A stretch of 64,000 nt of DNA. Origin: Chloroflexota bacterium. Its GTDB lineage: Bacteria > Chloroflexota > UBA11872 > VXOZ01. Positions 39,675 through 50,737 of this stretch are shown here, piece after piece. A program made the translations under genes and the position numbers. The stretch's first letter is position 1; every line of letters starts with the position of its first letter. The stretch lies in contig OZ244922.1 in assembly GCA_965221905.1 (NCBI GenBank), positions 3,072,001 to 3,136,000 on the forward strand, read 5' to 3'. Under the pieces are notes generated by a model that was not told the DNA's origin, did not search any database, and saw only the letters and a program-made list of their open reading frames with translations.

Positions 39675-39927
39675 GTGTGGTCTCCTTTTGCTTGGTCTCA
39701 AAGTCTAGTAACGTCGCGGGAGTATGGAATTCAATCTGCTCGATTACCGTAGAGTCGGGCTCGGTACCTGCGGTGTCACCGGCCTTGGCTGAGATCTCTG
39801 CTGATAGTCTCTACCTTATCATGGCCCCAAAGGCACGTCAGCCAATGGTAGACGCCCGGAACGCACGCCGTCGGTATCAAAACATGCTACGCCTGACGAG
39901 AGTGAGCGGGCTGCTGTGAGTACGGTG

Positions 39928-40815
39928 CTATTTGGGTTTTTGCGCGAGGATGAAGAGGCCGCCGCCTTCTTCCGTGGGCAGCAGTGGACTATCAAGCAAG
40001 TGACGGTAACGATGATACCAAAACCAAACGAATAAGCTTCTCGGTACCAAGCGGCGCGCCACCAGACGGCGATAAAGATCGATGGGACGCCGCCCGCGCC
40101 AGATTCTGCGCGTGAGCGCCACGTCCAACTGCTCCCACGCCGCCATGAATGAAGCCGGAGCAAAGTACTGGACCTCACGCACCGCTAAATTCGCGGCAGC
40201 CAGCTTCTCCTGCCACTGCTCCGGGGAGTAGTAGTGGTAGTGGCCGAGCCGGGCGTTCGTCTTCTCCGCGTAGGCTTCAGCTTCTGCAAGACGGCCGGTA
40301 GCACGGAATCGTCCGATGGGGCCCAGCATTTCAAGAAAGCGATGGCTAACCGTTGTAAAGGCGAAGACGCCGCCCGGGCGCAGGCTGCTGCTCACTGCAT
40401 GCAGCACTTGGTCCAGACGCGGGATGTGTTCCACGACGCAGTTGCTGAACACGCTCCCAAAGCATTCGTCACCAAAAGGCATAGCTCCGCCCTCGCTTTG
40501 CACGACACCGCGATATGTCGCCAATTGCCGCGCCACCCGCAACTCGGAGAACACCATGTCCAGTCCCACGGCCTGCCGGTCAGGCGGCAGTACCAACGAC
40601 GCTACATATCCATTGCCACAGCCCACATCCAACACCGGCTGTGGTAATTCACGTTCCTGCCACATCTCCAATTCCAAGCTCCGCCACAATGCAATGGCGG
40701 GCTGATAGTAGTGACTCTCCAAGACAAGCCGAAACCATTGGCGCGCTGTCCGCCGCTGATCCACGTGTGCAGACCGCGTAGAGTCTTCAATGGGAACAGA
40801 GTCTATGTTTGGCAT
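39928..40815 (-). CDS. Class I SAM-dependent methyltransferase (glycan cluster)
   Basis: VLDVGCGNG, MPFGDECF, NCVVEHIP, LRPGG. Confidence 0.85.
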   Translation of the reverse strand: MPNIDSVPIEDSTRSAHVDQRRTARQWFRLVLESHYYQPAIALWRSLELEMWQERELPQPVLDVGCGNGYVASLVLPPDRQAVGLDMVFSELRVARQLATYRGVVQSEGGAMPFGDECFGSVFSNCVVEHIPRLDQVLHAVSSSLRPGGVFAFTTVSHRFLEMLGPIGRFRATGRLAEAEAYAEKTNARLGHYHYYSPEQWQEKLAAANLAVREVQYFAPASFMAAWEQLDVALTRRIWRGRRPIDLYRRLVARRLVPRSLFVWFWYHRYRHLLDSPLLPTEEGGGLFILAQKPK

Positions 40816-40884
40816 GAGTTTCTATCCACGGCCGTGAAGCAAGCGGCCGTTGTTGATCGTCCCCGTCGTGATGCGTGCATTTGC

Positions 40885-41955
40885 TCAGTTATGTCCAATG
40901 CCATACTGCAGCAACGACTTCATCCGATGCGCGTACGTGTGCTCATCCAGCACGCGCTCCCGGCCGCGTCCCGCAATTGCCGCGCGCTCGTCAGCGTGCG
41001 CCAGGTAGTGGCGAATCTTCCCCTGCAAGTCATCAACGTCGCGGTAAACTGCGATATCCTCTCCTGGAGTGAACAATGTGCCGAGTTCCGAACGGTCGTC
41101 CACCAGCGCAAATGCACCACAGGCGGGGGCTTCGAACGTACGTTGGTTGCACCCCTGGGGCAACTGCGGATGGTGGACGTTTAGGACAACCTGCGCAGCG
41201 CGATAGCTTCGTGCCACCCGCTCGGCCGGGAGCAAGGAGCGACCCCGAACGCAACCTTTGACCGTGTATTGGTCCGGCAGTGACTCCCAGCCCTTGCCGT
41301 ATACGCGCAGCGCCACACCCAGGCTTGACACTGCTTCAACCGTATCGACGCGATGCCAGTTTTCCGGCAGGTGCCCCATGACGTGCCGCGAGTCTCCAAC
41401 GAATATGACGTCGCAGGCCAGTTCCTGCTCCTCTGCGTGCGTGAGGGGGTATGGTTGGTATGTCTCCGGATCTGCTGCATGCGGCAGGTAGAGCGGGTCC
41501 TTGGCGCCCATTTGGCGTGCCACTGGCAGGTAAAATGGGTCTACGATAAAGAATCGCGTGTAAAGACGCAGACCTCCAAGAATATTGGGGAACCACGTCG
41601 GATCGTCGCCGCACCAGTTGAGCACTGAGGCACCGAGGGAGTCTGTGAGGTAATGAATAGTCTCGGGAAGATAGACGTCCCCGCGAATCAACAGCACAAC
41701 GTCCGGCCGCTGTTGCGTGCAGAGCCTCACAAGGTCCAGGTTATCCTGCCGGTTTGCTGCGAGCAGACGCTCAAGGTTGAACTGATGGGGTCCAACGTGT
41801 CTGCGTCGTAGTCTTTGGCGCAGGCTAGGCTTTTCGCCGACACGCCGGCCAAACTCTATTCGTGTCACAGTATGGCCGAGCTCGGTAAGCGCCCGGTGGC
41901 AGTAGAATCCCCATTGCCCCGTTTCCCAGTGAGGCGCGGCCAGGACTATGTTCAT
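40885..41955 (-). CDS. CgeB/Glyco_trans_1_2-like glycosyltransferase
   Basis: WCGDDP, YLPHAADP, DVIFVG, LNVH, NQRTFEAPACG, HTYAHR. Confidence 0.85.
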   Translation of the reverse strand: MNIVLAAPHWETGQWGFYCHRALTELGHTVTRIEFGRRVGEKPSLRQRLRRRHVGPHQFNLERLLAANRQDNLDLVRLCTQQRPDVVLLIRGDVYLPETIHYLTDSLGASVLNWCGDDPTWFPNILGGLRLYTRFFIVDPFYLPVARQMGAKDPLYLPHAADPETYQPYPLTHAEEQELACDVIFVGDSRHVMGHLPENWHRVDTVEAVSSLGVALRVYGKGWESLPDQYTVKGCVRGRSLLPAERVARSYRAAQVVLNVHHPQLPQGCNQRTFEAPACGAFALVDDRSELGTLFTPGEDIAVYRDVDDLQGKIRHYLAHADERAAIAGRGRERVLDEHTYAHRMKSLLQYGIGHN

Positions 41956-42002
41956 GGTTCTTCACTTGAAATCAATGACCGCAGCAGGCTGGACTTGCGT
42001 GC

Positions 42003-43178
42003 CTATGCCGCGGCAGCTTTGCGCATACTGGCGAGCACCGCCGCCGCCGCGCGTTCCCACGAGAACTGCGTTGACCGCGCGAGCGCGCGGGCGCCAAGTT
42101 GCTCCCGCAGCGCCGGATCTTCCCCCAGTTGCAGCAGCGCCTCGGCAATAGCTTCCACATTTAGCGGATCTACCAGCAATCCTGCATCGCCGATTACTTC
42201 CGGCAGCCCGCCGCTGTCGCCTCCCAACACCGGCACGCCGCATGCCATGGCCTCGAGCGCGGGGATTCCAAATCCCTCGCGGATAGACGGTATTGCGAAG
42301 AAATCAGCGCCATTCATCAGCACTGGCACGTCCGCCATCGGAATGCTGCCGAGAAAGTGCACGTCTTCCGCCAGGCCTAGGGCTTCCACCTGCGCAAAGA
42401 CACTTGCGCTAGACCACCCTTCCTTACCGGCCACCAACAGGGATTGTTGCAGTCCACGCTGCTTTGCCGCATGCCATGCTTGCACCAGCCGCTCAAGGTT
42501 CTTTCGCGGCTGAATGCGGCCTACGAAAAGAGCGTAGGGTCTCCTCACCTGCGGATACTGCTCTTGCAGGCGTTGCCGCGCCTCCTCCCGGTCAACGGGA
42601 TGAAAGCGTTCTGCATCGAATCCATGCTGCGCCACGTCAATGCGATCCGCGGGTAATCCGTAATGCGCCACAATGTCGGCCTTGCACGCATGAGAGACTG
42701 CGACGACACGCGCGGCCCGGCGGATCGCGGTGTCGGTCAAGTGCTCCAAGCGTCGCCGCAACGGCGGCTCGAAAAAGGCGTCGGCATCGGGTAACCGAAA
42801 TGCAATGTCATGAATCAGAAGCACACTCGGACACGGCAGATGACCGGGCAACGGCTCTTGCCCCACTTGAAAATACACGGTCGGCCGCCGTTGCCAAAGC
42901 TCTAGTTGCATCCGAAGCTGATACCACGGTTCTACGTCCAACCGGCGCAAGACCCGGTTGACGCCGGGCAACGGCCGTAGCGCCACTGCCTGACGGCGGG
43001 ATTGCGACTGAAAGAATCCGAACTTCGGCGCACTATCCAGGTAGTAGCAGACCTGCTCGTCCGGATCGAGACTCGCTATGCCCTGCGCGAGCCCCTGCAA
43101 GGCCATTGCATTGCCATCGTAGGCAACTTGGTTGCCGGAACGCACGTTGAACCCAAATGTCGTAGTAGAATTGTCCAC
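42003..43178 (-). CDS. GT4 glycosyltransferase (mannosyltransferase-like)
   Basis: IHDIAF, FVGRIQPRKN, EGFGIPALEAMACGVPV, FSWERAA. Confidence 0.9.
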   Translation of the reverse strand: MDNSTTTFGFNVRSGNQVAYDGNAMALQGLAQGIASLDPDEQVCYYLDSAPKFGFFQSQSRRQAVALRPLPGVNRVLRRLDVEPWYQLRMQLELWQRRPTVYFQVGQEPLPGHLPCPSVLLIHDIAFRLPDADAFFEPPLRRRLEHLTDTAIRRAARVVAVSHACKADIVAHYGLPADRIDVAQHGFDAERFHPVDREEARQRLQEQYPQVRRPYALFVGRIQPRKNLERLVQAWHAAKQRGLQQSLLVAGKEGWSSASVFAQVEALGLAEDVHFLGSIPMADVPVLMNGADFFAIPSIREGFGIPALEAMACGVPVLGGDSGGLPEVIGDAGLLVDPLNVEAIAEALLQLGEDPALREQLGARALARSTQFSWERAAAAVLASMRKAAAA

Positions 43179-43273
43179 CGGGAGAATTGTGTTTGTAACG
43201 ACCCTAACCTACAGAAAGTCCAGCTACTGCTTCTGCTGCTCGCCGGAGAAGCCTTGCTCATTGAAAGTCTCGC

Positions 43274-44428
43274 TCAGTTGGCGACAGTCGACCGCCGCGG
43301 TCCCAGCCAGTCACGGTAGAGTGCCACTTGCGACTGAGCAAGTTTCTCGGCATCCCAGCGTTCGGCCACTACTTGCCTTGCCGTTTGACCCAGCGCCGAT
43401 CCATACTCCGCATCAGTGAGAACGCGCGTTAGCGCGCTTGCAAGCGCTTCACTGTCACCTGCCGGCACCAGCAGGCCGGTTACCCCATCTTCAACAATAT
43501 CAAGCAGACCACCAACCGCCGACGCCACAGGCGGCACTCCCGCAGCCATTGCCTCCAATGCTACCAGTCCGAACCCCTCGTCAAACGACGGTACCGCCAG
43601 GACATCACTAGCCGCAATATAGTTAGGCACGTGCGCGAGCGGCACCTGGCCGACAAAGCGACAATACGCGGAAACACCATGTTGCTCCGCGTATTGTTGA
43701 AATTCCGCAGCCTTTGGGCCACCCCCAATAATCAGCACACACAAATCCGGCACCGTTCGCAAGACTTCACTCACGGCCTGTAGGAGAATGCAATGGCCCT
43801 TGCGCTCGTCAATGAGATTTCCCACTATGCTGACAACCGACGTAGTTGCCTCAATCCCTAGGGCGGCTTTGGCCACCCTCTTATCCGGGGCACAACCAAA
43901 GGCCGCGCGATCGACGCCCAAGTGTAATACGGATACACGCGATGGCGCGATACCAAAGTTCTCCTCTAAGTATTGCGCACTGTAGTCGGTGACTGCGAGA
44001 AACCGATGCACCACACGCTGCATCAGCTTGCGCCCAAGTCGCTGCTTCCACGTCCAATGCTCTGGCCGGATTGCCATCGGGAGATGCTCATGGGCCACCA
44101 CCAAGGGTATCCCAGCCCACCTCGCGCCGATTGCAGGCCACATTCCGGTAGTAGGATCGGGTAAGTGAACATGCGCCACGTCGAAGTGCCTCGCCCGGAG
44201 TGCCTGCAGATACGCCCACCAGCCGCCGAGACGACGTTGGAACTTCAGATCTAAGGGCATCACTGCCACACCGGCTTGCTCTAGAGCCAGCACTTCCTGG
44301 TCGAGTGAATGCCGACGCGGCAACACGAGAGTCACCTCTTCCCACTGTTGTTGGAGCCGCGCGAGCGTTATAGCTGCCGTAGCCGCTCCGCCGTGCATCC
44401 CGGTGGCGAGAAGATGGAGAATTCGCAT
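43274..44428 (-). CDS. GT4 glycosyltransferase
   Basis: MRILHL..GGA, RKGH, EGFGLVALEAMAAGVPPV, TGLLVP. Confidence 0.9.
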   Translation of the reverse strand: MRILHLLATGMHGGAATAAITLARLQQQWEEVTLVLPRRHSLDQEVLALEQAGVAVMPLDLKFQRRLGGWWAYLQALRARHFDVAHVHLPDPTTGMWPAIGARWAGIPLVVAHEHLPMAIRPEHWTWKQRLGRKLMQRVVHRFLAVTDYSAQYLEENFGIAPSRVSVLHLGVDRAAFGCAPDKRVAKAALGIEATTSVVSIVGNLIDERKGHCILLQAVSEVLRTVPDLCVLIIGGGPKAAEFQQYAEQHGVSAYCRFVGQVPLAHVPNYIAASDVLAVPSFDEGFGLVALEAMAAGVPPVASAVGGLLDIVEDGVTGLLVPAGDSEALASALTRVLTDAEYGSALGQTARQVVAERWDAEKLAQSQVALYRDWLGPRRSTVAN

Positions 44429-44629
44429 ACGTTTCTTGCCCTCGTGAGCGAGAGAGGAAGGCGCGTTTTCTATCCGCTTGAGCCCGGCGACCTCTTTGGG
44501 GATCAACCTATCCGGGCCCCGACAGATGACAGGCGTTCACCCTCTATAGTAACGCACCCTCGCCCAGCCTGAACGGTGCAGACACTGCCGCACGGTGGGG
44601 CGCGAGCCCACCACTTCCTAGGGATACCC

Positions 44630-45769
44630 TCACTCTCGCAGGGCTTGATAGATGCGGTGTGTCCGTTCTGCGATGGTTTGATTGCTGAAGTGTGCTCGTG
44701 CGCGCTCCCATCCTGCTTTGGCAAGTGACTGGCGTCTTTCCGGTTCCAATCGCAATGCTTCTAATGCCGATGTGAGCGCATCGTGGTCTCGCTCCGGGAA
44801 TACAAGACCCGCATCACCAATCACTTCCGGGATGGCGCCGGAGGACGAGCCGATCACGGGTATGCCACAGGCCATGGCTTCGATAAGTACCCGGCCGAAT
44901 TGCTCCTTCCATCCCTTGTGCGTCTCCGATGCAAGTACAAAGGCATCGAGTACCCCATAATACCGTGGCAGTACTTCCGGTGGGACACGGTCCACCCAAC
45001 GAATCCGTTCGCTGATGCCGAGATGCGCAGCATAGTTAGGTAATTCACTGCGCAAAGGCCCGGCACCCACCATAAGCAGGCTCCAGGAGGCTTTCCATGC
45101 AGCGAGCGCGCGAAAGAGTGTATGAAGCCCCTTGCCTTTTTCGAAGCGACCGAAGTAACCCACGACAAAGCCGTCCAGACCCATTTCCCCACGCAGCGCA
45201 GACCGGTCGCCGGACTGAATTGCATTCGGATGAAACCGATCGGTGTCCACGCCCATCTGCGGCAACACGGTGATAGGCCGCCCGTAGCCTTTGCGCTGCA
45301 GGACGTCAGCAGCTTCTGTATTGCCCGCGATAGCGGCGCCTGCTCGCCCGAAATTAAATCGCTCGAACCAACGATACGGACGCGGGTACTCCTTGTAGAT
45401 GTTTTCCCAGGTGAAGAAGACCAATTTCCGCCGCGGCATGAGGGCTTTGAGCAAAGCAGCTTGGAACAATGATATGCTCCACGGCTCCTGCTCGACGTGG
45501 AGAATGTGCGGACGAAAGGCCAGAATGGCGGCGAACAACTCTACCGGATTGTAGAAGAAGCTCCACACATTGTTGCCGTGATGGGTACGCACGGGAAATA
45601 CCCGAAACGTCGCCCCCGGCAACACCTGATACTTCCCCTGGTGCAGTGTTTCCCCCCAGTGCCGGGGCACGACAAGACCCATCTCGACGTCCGGATACGC
45701 ATCGAGCAATTGGATCTTGTGCTGGAAAACCGCCGTGCCGTAAGCATGGCAGATCAGGAGAACACGCAC
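44630..45769 (-). CDS. GT4 glycosyltransferase
   Basis: GYFGRFEKGKG, WKEQFGRVLIEAMACGIPV. Confidence 0.9.
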   Translation of the reverse strand: MRVLLICHAYGTAVFQHKIQLLDAYPDVEMGLVVPRHWGETLHQGKYQVLPGATFRVFPVRTHHGNNVWSFFYNPVELFAAILAFRPHILHVEQEPWSISLFQAALLKALMPRRKLVFFTWENIYKEYPRPYRWFERFNFGRAGAAIAGNTEAADVLQRKGYGRPITVLPQMGVDTDRFHPNAIQSGDRSALRGEMGLDGFVVGYFGRFEKGKGLHTLFRALAAWKASWSLLMVGAGPLRSELPNYAAHLGISERIRWVDRVPPEVLPRYYGVLDAFVLASETHKGWKEQFGRVLIEAMACGIPVIGSSSGAIPEVIGDAGLVFPERDHDALTSALEALRLEPERRQSLAKAGWERARAHFSNQTIAERTHRIYQALRE

Positions 45770-45902
45770 AATCGACTTTCGTTGACTGTAAATTTCAACA
45801 ACTGCGGTCGAGAATCACCGACAATAGCAGGACGGGCAGCCCGCCCAACTCTTCAGATCTCCGGCCCTATTTTACGTGCAGAATTCTGCACACAGCCCGT
45901 TG

Positions 45903-46781
<879 letters not shown>

Positions 46782-46955
46782 GAGACGCTCCTCATCTACC
46801 AATCGCTATTCACTATCAAGGTACACCCAATCGCAGCCGGTCCGCTACCGCCGGGTTTACTGTAGCTTTCCCAGAGCTTTACCAAATGTATCTATTGTTT
46901 CTTCCCTTGCCCTCCGCAGTTCTCTGCCGCCCAATTTACCTGCAAGGATAAGCGA

Positions 46956-48569
46956 TCATATCTGCCGCAAGGTCTGCCGCACCGTGCGCAGCTCAGTCAG
47001 CAGCGCTTTCCCTTCCAGCAGCACGAGCACTGCCAGGTACGTGACGCCCATGAGCACACCATGGGTCGCCAACAACACCACATCTTGCAGCGGCGGCAAT
47101 TGCGTGTGCACTGCTACGGTTACTACGCCTGCCACCACCGCACCAACAAGAGGCGGGCCGTACGTCTGCAAGCTGCTCACGTCCACAAAGCGGCGTAGGA
47201 AATACATCCCCATACCTAATCCAATTATCTGTACCGCCCCGATGGCAATTGCCGCGCCCAGCACACCGAATACCGTTGCTTCTAAGGGAGCGTACACAGA
47301 TTCCATGTGCATAGAACCTATCTCAATTGCGTCACTCCATTCATGGTAGATGGATAATTCCAATGGTGTGCGAATCCATGCGATCAGCCAAGGCGGCAAC
47401 TGCGCAAAGATTGCCGGAGCAGTTATGACAAGCAAAGGCGCGATGATCAGCATCGTAGCCGCCATGGTCACCTGCGTTCGATTTACCAATCTCAGTTCGC
47501 CAACGGCAGTGAGCAGCAGCTTGATGTCGTCAAAAAGGGGCCGCGTAAACATGTAGACGGCAAACAACTGGAAAATCGGTGCAACCGGCAGCCATCTTTC
47601 GCCAATCAGGAAGCGTGTGCCGTACGGAATGATCAAAACCAAGTAAACTGCTAGCGGAAAGGACAATCGCGCCACCGCACGCTGTACGAGACTGAAGGCA
47701 AAAGAGAGTCGCTCTCGTTCGTCCTGGAGCTTTGCGTACACCGGAAAGGCCGTGCCGGAGATAATGTGCGTCACGCGTTGGGTCGGCAAGTCCGCCCAAC
47801 CGTAGGCCCGGCTCATGAAACCCACCGCGGAAAACCCTACAAGACTTCCCACGAGAAAATTGTGGACCTGTTCGACGATTAGCGTAGCAAAACCACTCAC
47901 GACCGACAGCCAGTACGGCCCGAATCGGAAATACCATTTCGCCATGTCCCAATCGAGTTTGATACGGGGACGCAATGGCGCCCAACGCCACGTTGCGGCC
48001 ACCGCCCATATGCGCGTCGGCACACCGCCGAATACCAGCGCCCAAAGTCCCCAGCCCAGAAAGGCGAGCGACAATTGGGATGCGGCAGCTAGCAGATTTC
48101 CCACTATGCCAATTATTGCAACTTTTCCAAAACGCATCTCTTTGTCGAGCAAGCGGCTGCACGTCATGCTGGGGCTGCCTAGCAAGAAAATGACCGCGTT
48201 CGCAAGCACAATCCAGCCGACCGTCGTGTTATGAAAGAACACCAGGATTGGGAAGATTAGGGCGGCAACAAGCACAATCAATGCGGAGATACTAACGTGC
48301 AACACCAGGTGTGTATTCGCAGCCGTCTGGACGTCATCTGCCCGATGTATCAGTGCGCCATCGAACCCATGGTCCTTGAGTCGGGCAATGAGTGAGTAGA
48401 AGAAGTTTGCGAAGACGACAATGCCAAAGTCTTCCGGATCCAGGATGCGCGCCAGAACGATGCCGCTAGCAAACGTAATCGCCAGGATCACATAGCTGGC
48501 AATGCCGAGTTGGAAAGCACCATGGAGTGCACGTCTTCCGATTGACTCCTGGCGAGATTCGGCGGTCAT
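46956..48569 (-). CDS. Oligosaccharide flippase (Wzx/PST family)
   Basis: IVLARILDPEDFG, many TM helices, GWGLWALV, AFPVYAKLQD. Confidence 0.88.
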   Translation of the reverse strand: MTAESRQESIGRRALHGAFQLGIASYVILAITFASGIVLARILDPEDFGIVVFANFFYSLIARLKDHGFDGALIHRADDVQTAANTHLVLHVSISALIVLVAALIFPILVFFHNTTVGWIVLANAVIFLLGSPSMTCSRLLDKEMRFGKVAIIGIVGNLLAAASQLSLAFLGWGLWALVFGGVPTRIWAVAATWRWAPLRPRIKLDWDMAKWYFRFGPYWLSVVSGFATLIVEQVHNFLVGSLVGFSAVGFMSRAYGWADLPTQRVTHIISGTAFPVYAKLQDERERLSFAFSLVQRAVARLSFPLAVYLVLIIPYGTRFLIGERWLPVAPIFQLFAVYMFTRPLFDDIKLLLTAVGELRLVNRTQVTMAATMLIIAPLLVITAPAIFAQLPPWLIAWIRTPLELSIYHEWSDAIEIGSMHMESVYAPLEATVFGVLGAAIAIGAVQIIGLGMGMYFLRRFVDVSSLQTYGPPLVGAVVAGVVTVAVHTQLPPLQDVVLLATHGVLMGVTYLAVLVLLEGKALLTELRTVRQTLRQI

Positions 48570-49723
48570 GTGTTGGGTCTCACCTGCTCTGAAGCCACAC
48601 GGATGGGAGCCCGTACACCCAATATCCGTGCGTAGAGCGCGATGAGTTGGTCCACGGTATGCTGCCAGGTCATCTGTTGCGCGCGCGCGCGGCCGCTGGC
48701 ACCCATGCGCTGCACTAAGTTGGCATCGGCGAGCAATCGCCCGATCGCCTCAGCCAATGCTCCGGGGTCATTCTGCGGCACCAGGAAGCCGTTCTCACCG
48801 TTAACGATGACCTCTTCCGCCCCACTATCCCAGGTGCCGATTGCCGGAGTACCGCAGGCGTTCGCCTCCAGGTGCACCAAACCGAATCCCTCGAATTGAT
48901 CGCCGACGGAGAGGGATGGCATCACGAAAGCGGTCGCGCGATGGTACCACGCAACCAACTCCTGCTCGGAGACCTCGCCCAAGAACGTCACGTGCGACTG
49001 GAGACGGAGTTCATCTACAAGGCGCTGCAACCGGGCAAAGTATGCACTGCGCTCCTGCGGTCCAACGATGTAGTAATGCGCACTGGAATATCGCTGCACC
49101 AACGTGGCGAAAGCCTGTAGAGCAAGATGAATCCCCTTGCGTTCCTTGATCATTCCCACGGACAGCAGCACCGGCGCAGCATTCTCCGGCTGCGGACGCA
49201 TCGCTGCAAAGGTATCTAGGTCCACGCCCAGCGGTACAACCTGCGTGTTCTCTAGAGGTATTCGTGCGGTGAGGCGCCGCTCGGTATACGCGCTAATGCA
49301 CGCCACAGCCTGGGCATTTTGAAACGCCCGCCGGTGCAGCCAACCGTGCACGCGCGATCCCAGCGGCTGGATGGCAAACGTGCCCACGGCGGAGAGCACG
49401 TAGGGCTTTCCCCGCGCAGCCGACCACGTTAGCGGCGCATAGGGTTCCGTCAGACAATGAATGAGATCGCACTCGTTGAGCAATCCGCGCGTTCGCACGT
49501 AATTCGACGCAAGGAGTCGCGCAAAGTGACGTGATTCTTCCATATATGAGGTGATTGCATGGTGGTCGCTGTGCGCGGAGAGCTCAGGATACGCGCACCA
49601 CTCCCGTGGCGAGAGAATGCGGCAGTCTATACCAGCCGCCAGGAGACCCTTGATGATCTCGGCCGCATAACGCCCCCAGCCGGTTTGCGGACTGAGCACG
49701 TCGGTGATAAGGCAAACTTTCAT
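48566..49723 (-). CDS. GT4 glycosyltransferase
   Basis: LSVGMIKERKG, EGFGLVHLEANACGTP, NGFLVP. Confidence 0.9.
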   Translation of the reverse strand: MKVCLITDVLSPQTGWGRYAAEIIKGLLAAGIDCRILSPREWCAYPELSAHSDHHAITSYMEESRHFARLLASNYVRTRGLLNECDLIHCLTEPYAPLTWSAARGKPYVLSAVGTFAIQPLGSRVHGWLHRRAFQNAQAVACISAYTERRLTARIPLENTQVVPLGVDLDTFAAMRPQPENAAPVLLSVGMIKERKGIHLALQAFATLVQRYSSAHYYIVGPQERSAYFARLQRLVDELRLQSHVTFLGEVSEQELVAWYHRATAFVMPSLSVGDQFEGFGLVHLEANACGTPAIGTWDSGAEEVIVNGENGFLVPQNDPGALAEAIGRLLADANLVQRMGASGRARAQQMTWQHTVDQLIALYARILGVRAPIRVASEQVRPNT

Positions 49724-49798
49724 GGAATGACCTACCCAAACACCCGCTCTCGTCGGCTTACGGTTGAACGTGCCGCGTACGGGCACCACCTCATTCCA

Positions 49799-50440
49799 TT
49801 ATGGCTTGCGTACACGCGCATGAAAAGACGTTGCATACTGATTGCAGCCGGCAGAGCGCGCAAGCTCCGCGAGTAGCCGGGAAACGGCCTTGACCGGCAG
49901 CAGGACCAACGCCATCGGACTGCGTCGCCGCGCCGCATCCCGAAACCGATGCCAAATGAGGTAGTCCAACACCAGAAAGAAGCCGCCGTTCGGTACCATT
50001 TGCTCTATCGCAAAGTCATGGCCCGCCAGCAAGCGCTCGAATCCCTGGCGCGTCCATCGAACGTAATCCTGGGCGGCGTGGTGCATCTGCAAGAACGGCA
50101 CCGCAACGTAGCCCAAGCCGCCGGGCTTGAGCACGCGCCGGGCTTCGGCCAGAACACGGTCCGGATCGTCCACGTGCTCCAACACACCGACGAGCAGTAC
50201 GCAGTCAACGGAATCATTGGCGAATGGCAGCCTATGCGCATCAGCCCGCACGTCGCGGGCGCGGTCCGATATGTCCAAGCCGACATATGTTACATCGGAT
50301 CCAAAGGGAAATTTAGCCGAAAAGAACCCGCAGCCGACGTCGAGGAGTGTCCCGCGCATCTCTTCCATGCAAATGCGGTTCGCTTCATCCGATCGGCGGT
50401 ATTGGCGGGGTTCGAGGAGGCGCAAGAGTGCACGACGCAT
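49799..50440 (-). CDS. Class I SAM-dependent methyltransferase, first gene of glycan cluster
   Basis: LLDVGCG, DAHRLPFANDSVD, VLEHVDDP, RVLKPGG, HAAQDYVRW. Confidence 0.88.
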   Translation of the reverse strand: MRRALLRLLEPRQYRRSDEANRICMEEMRGTLLDVGCGFFSAKFPFGSDVTYVGLDISDRARDVRADAHRLPFANDSVDCVLLVGVLEHVDDPDRVLAEARRVLKPGGLGYVAVPFLQMHHAAQDYVRWTRQGFERLLAGHDFAIEQMVPNGGFFLVLDYLIWHRFRDAARRRSPMALVLLPVKAVSRLLAELARSAGCNQYATSFHARVRKP

Positions 50441-50451
50441 AGTAAGGTTAA

Positions 50452-50490
50452 TATAGCAGTCTGCTATAGCAATCTGCTATGGCAGTTGGC
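50452..50490. repeat. Three tandem 13-bp repeats overlapping the glycan-operon promoter
   Basis: TATAGCAGTCTGC / TATAGCAATCTGC / TATGGCAGTTGGC; the minus strand reads TG-C-TATATT 9 nt before ATG 50440. Confidence 0.7.
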
Positions 50491-50737
50491 CGAGGCGGTT
50501 CGCAGACCCGGCCTCACCATTCATTGACATCGTGACGCTTTGCCGCCAGAATCAGTGCAAATGCTTGTGCCTATGCTTGGCAAACACAGATTCTTCCGCA
50601 CTTAATCGACAGTATTAGACCGTTCTAGGCCCAGCGCCAGCGGCGCACCACGGAATGTCCTTCACCGGCAGCAGTCCTGTGGAAACCGCCGCGTGCGATT
50701 GGAATACAAACGGCAGCAGCCGCAAAGGAGCGCAGTC

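Noticed and set aside
39749-39814. Possible riboswitch upstream of the methyltransferase (GTAGAG...CTCTAC closing stem, faint ykkC-like 3' segment)
   Set aside because: Only a 6-bp stem and no full consensus; an Rfam/Infernal scan would be needed.
50452-50490. CRISPR-like array from short repeats (also considered for REP copies)
   Set aside because: No spacers, units too short or dispersed, no cas genes.
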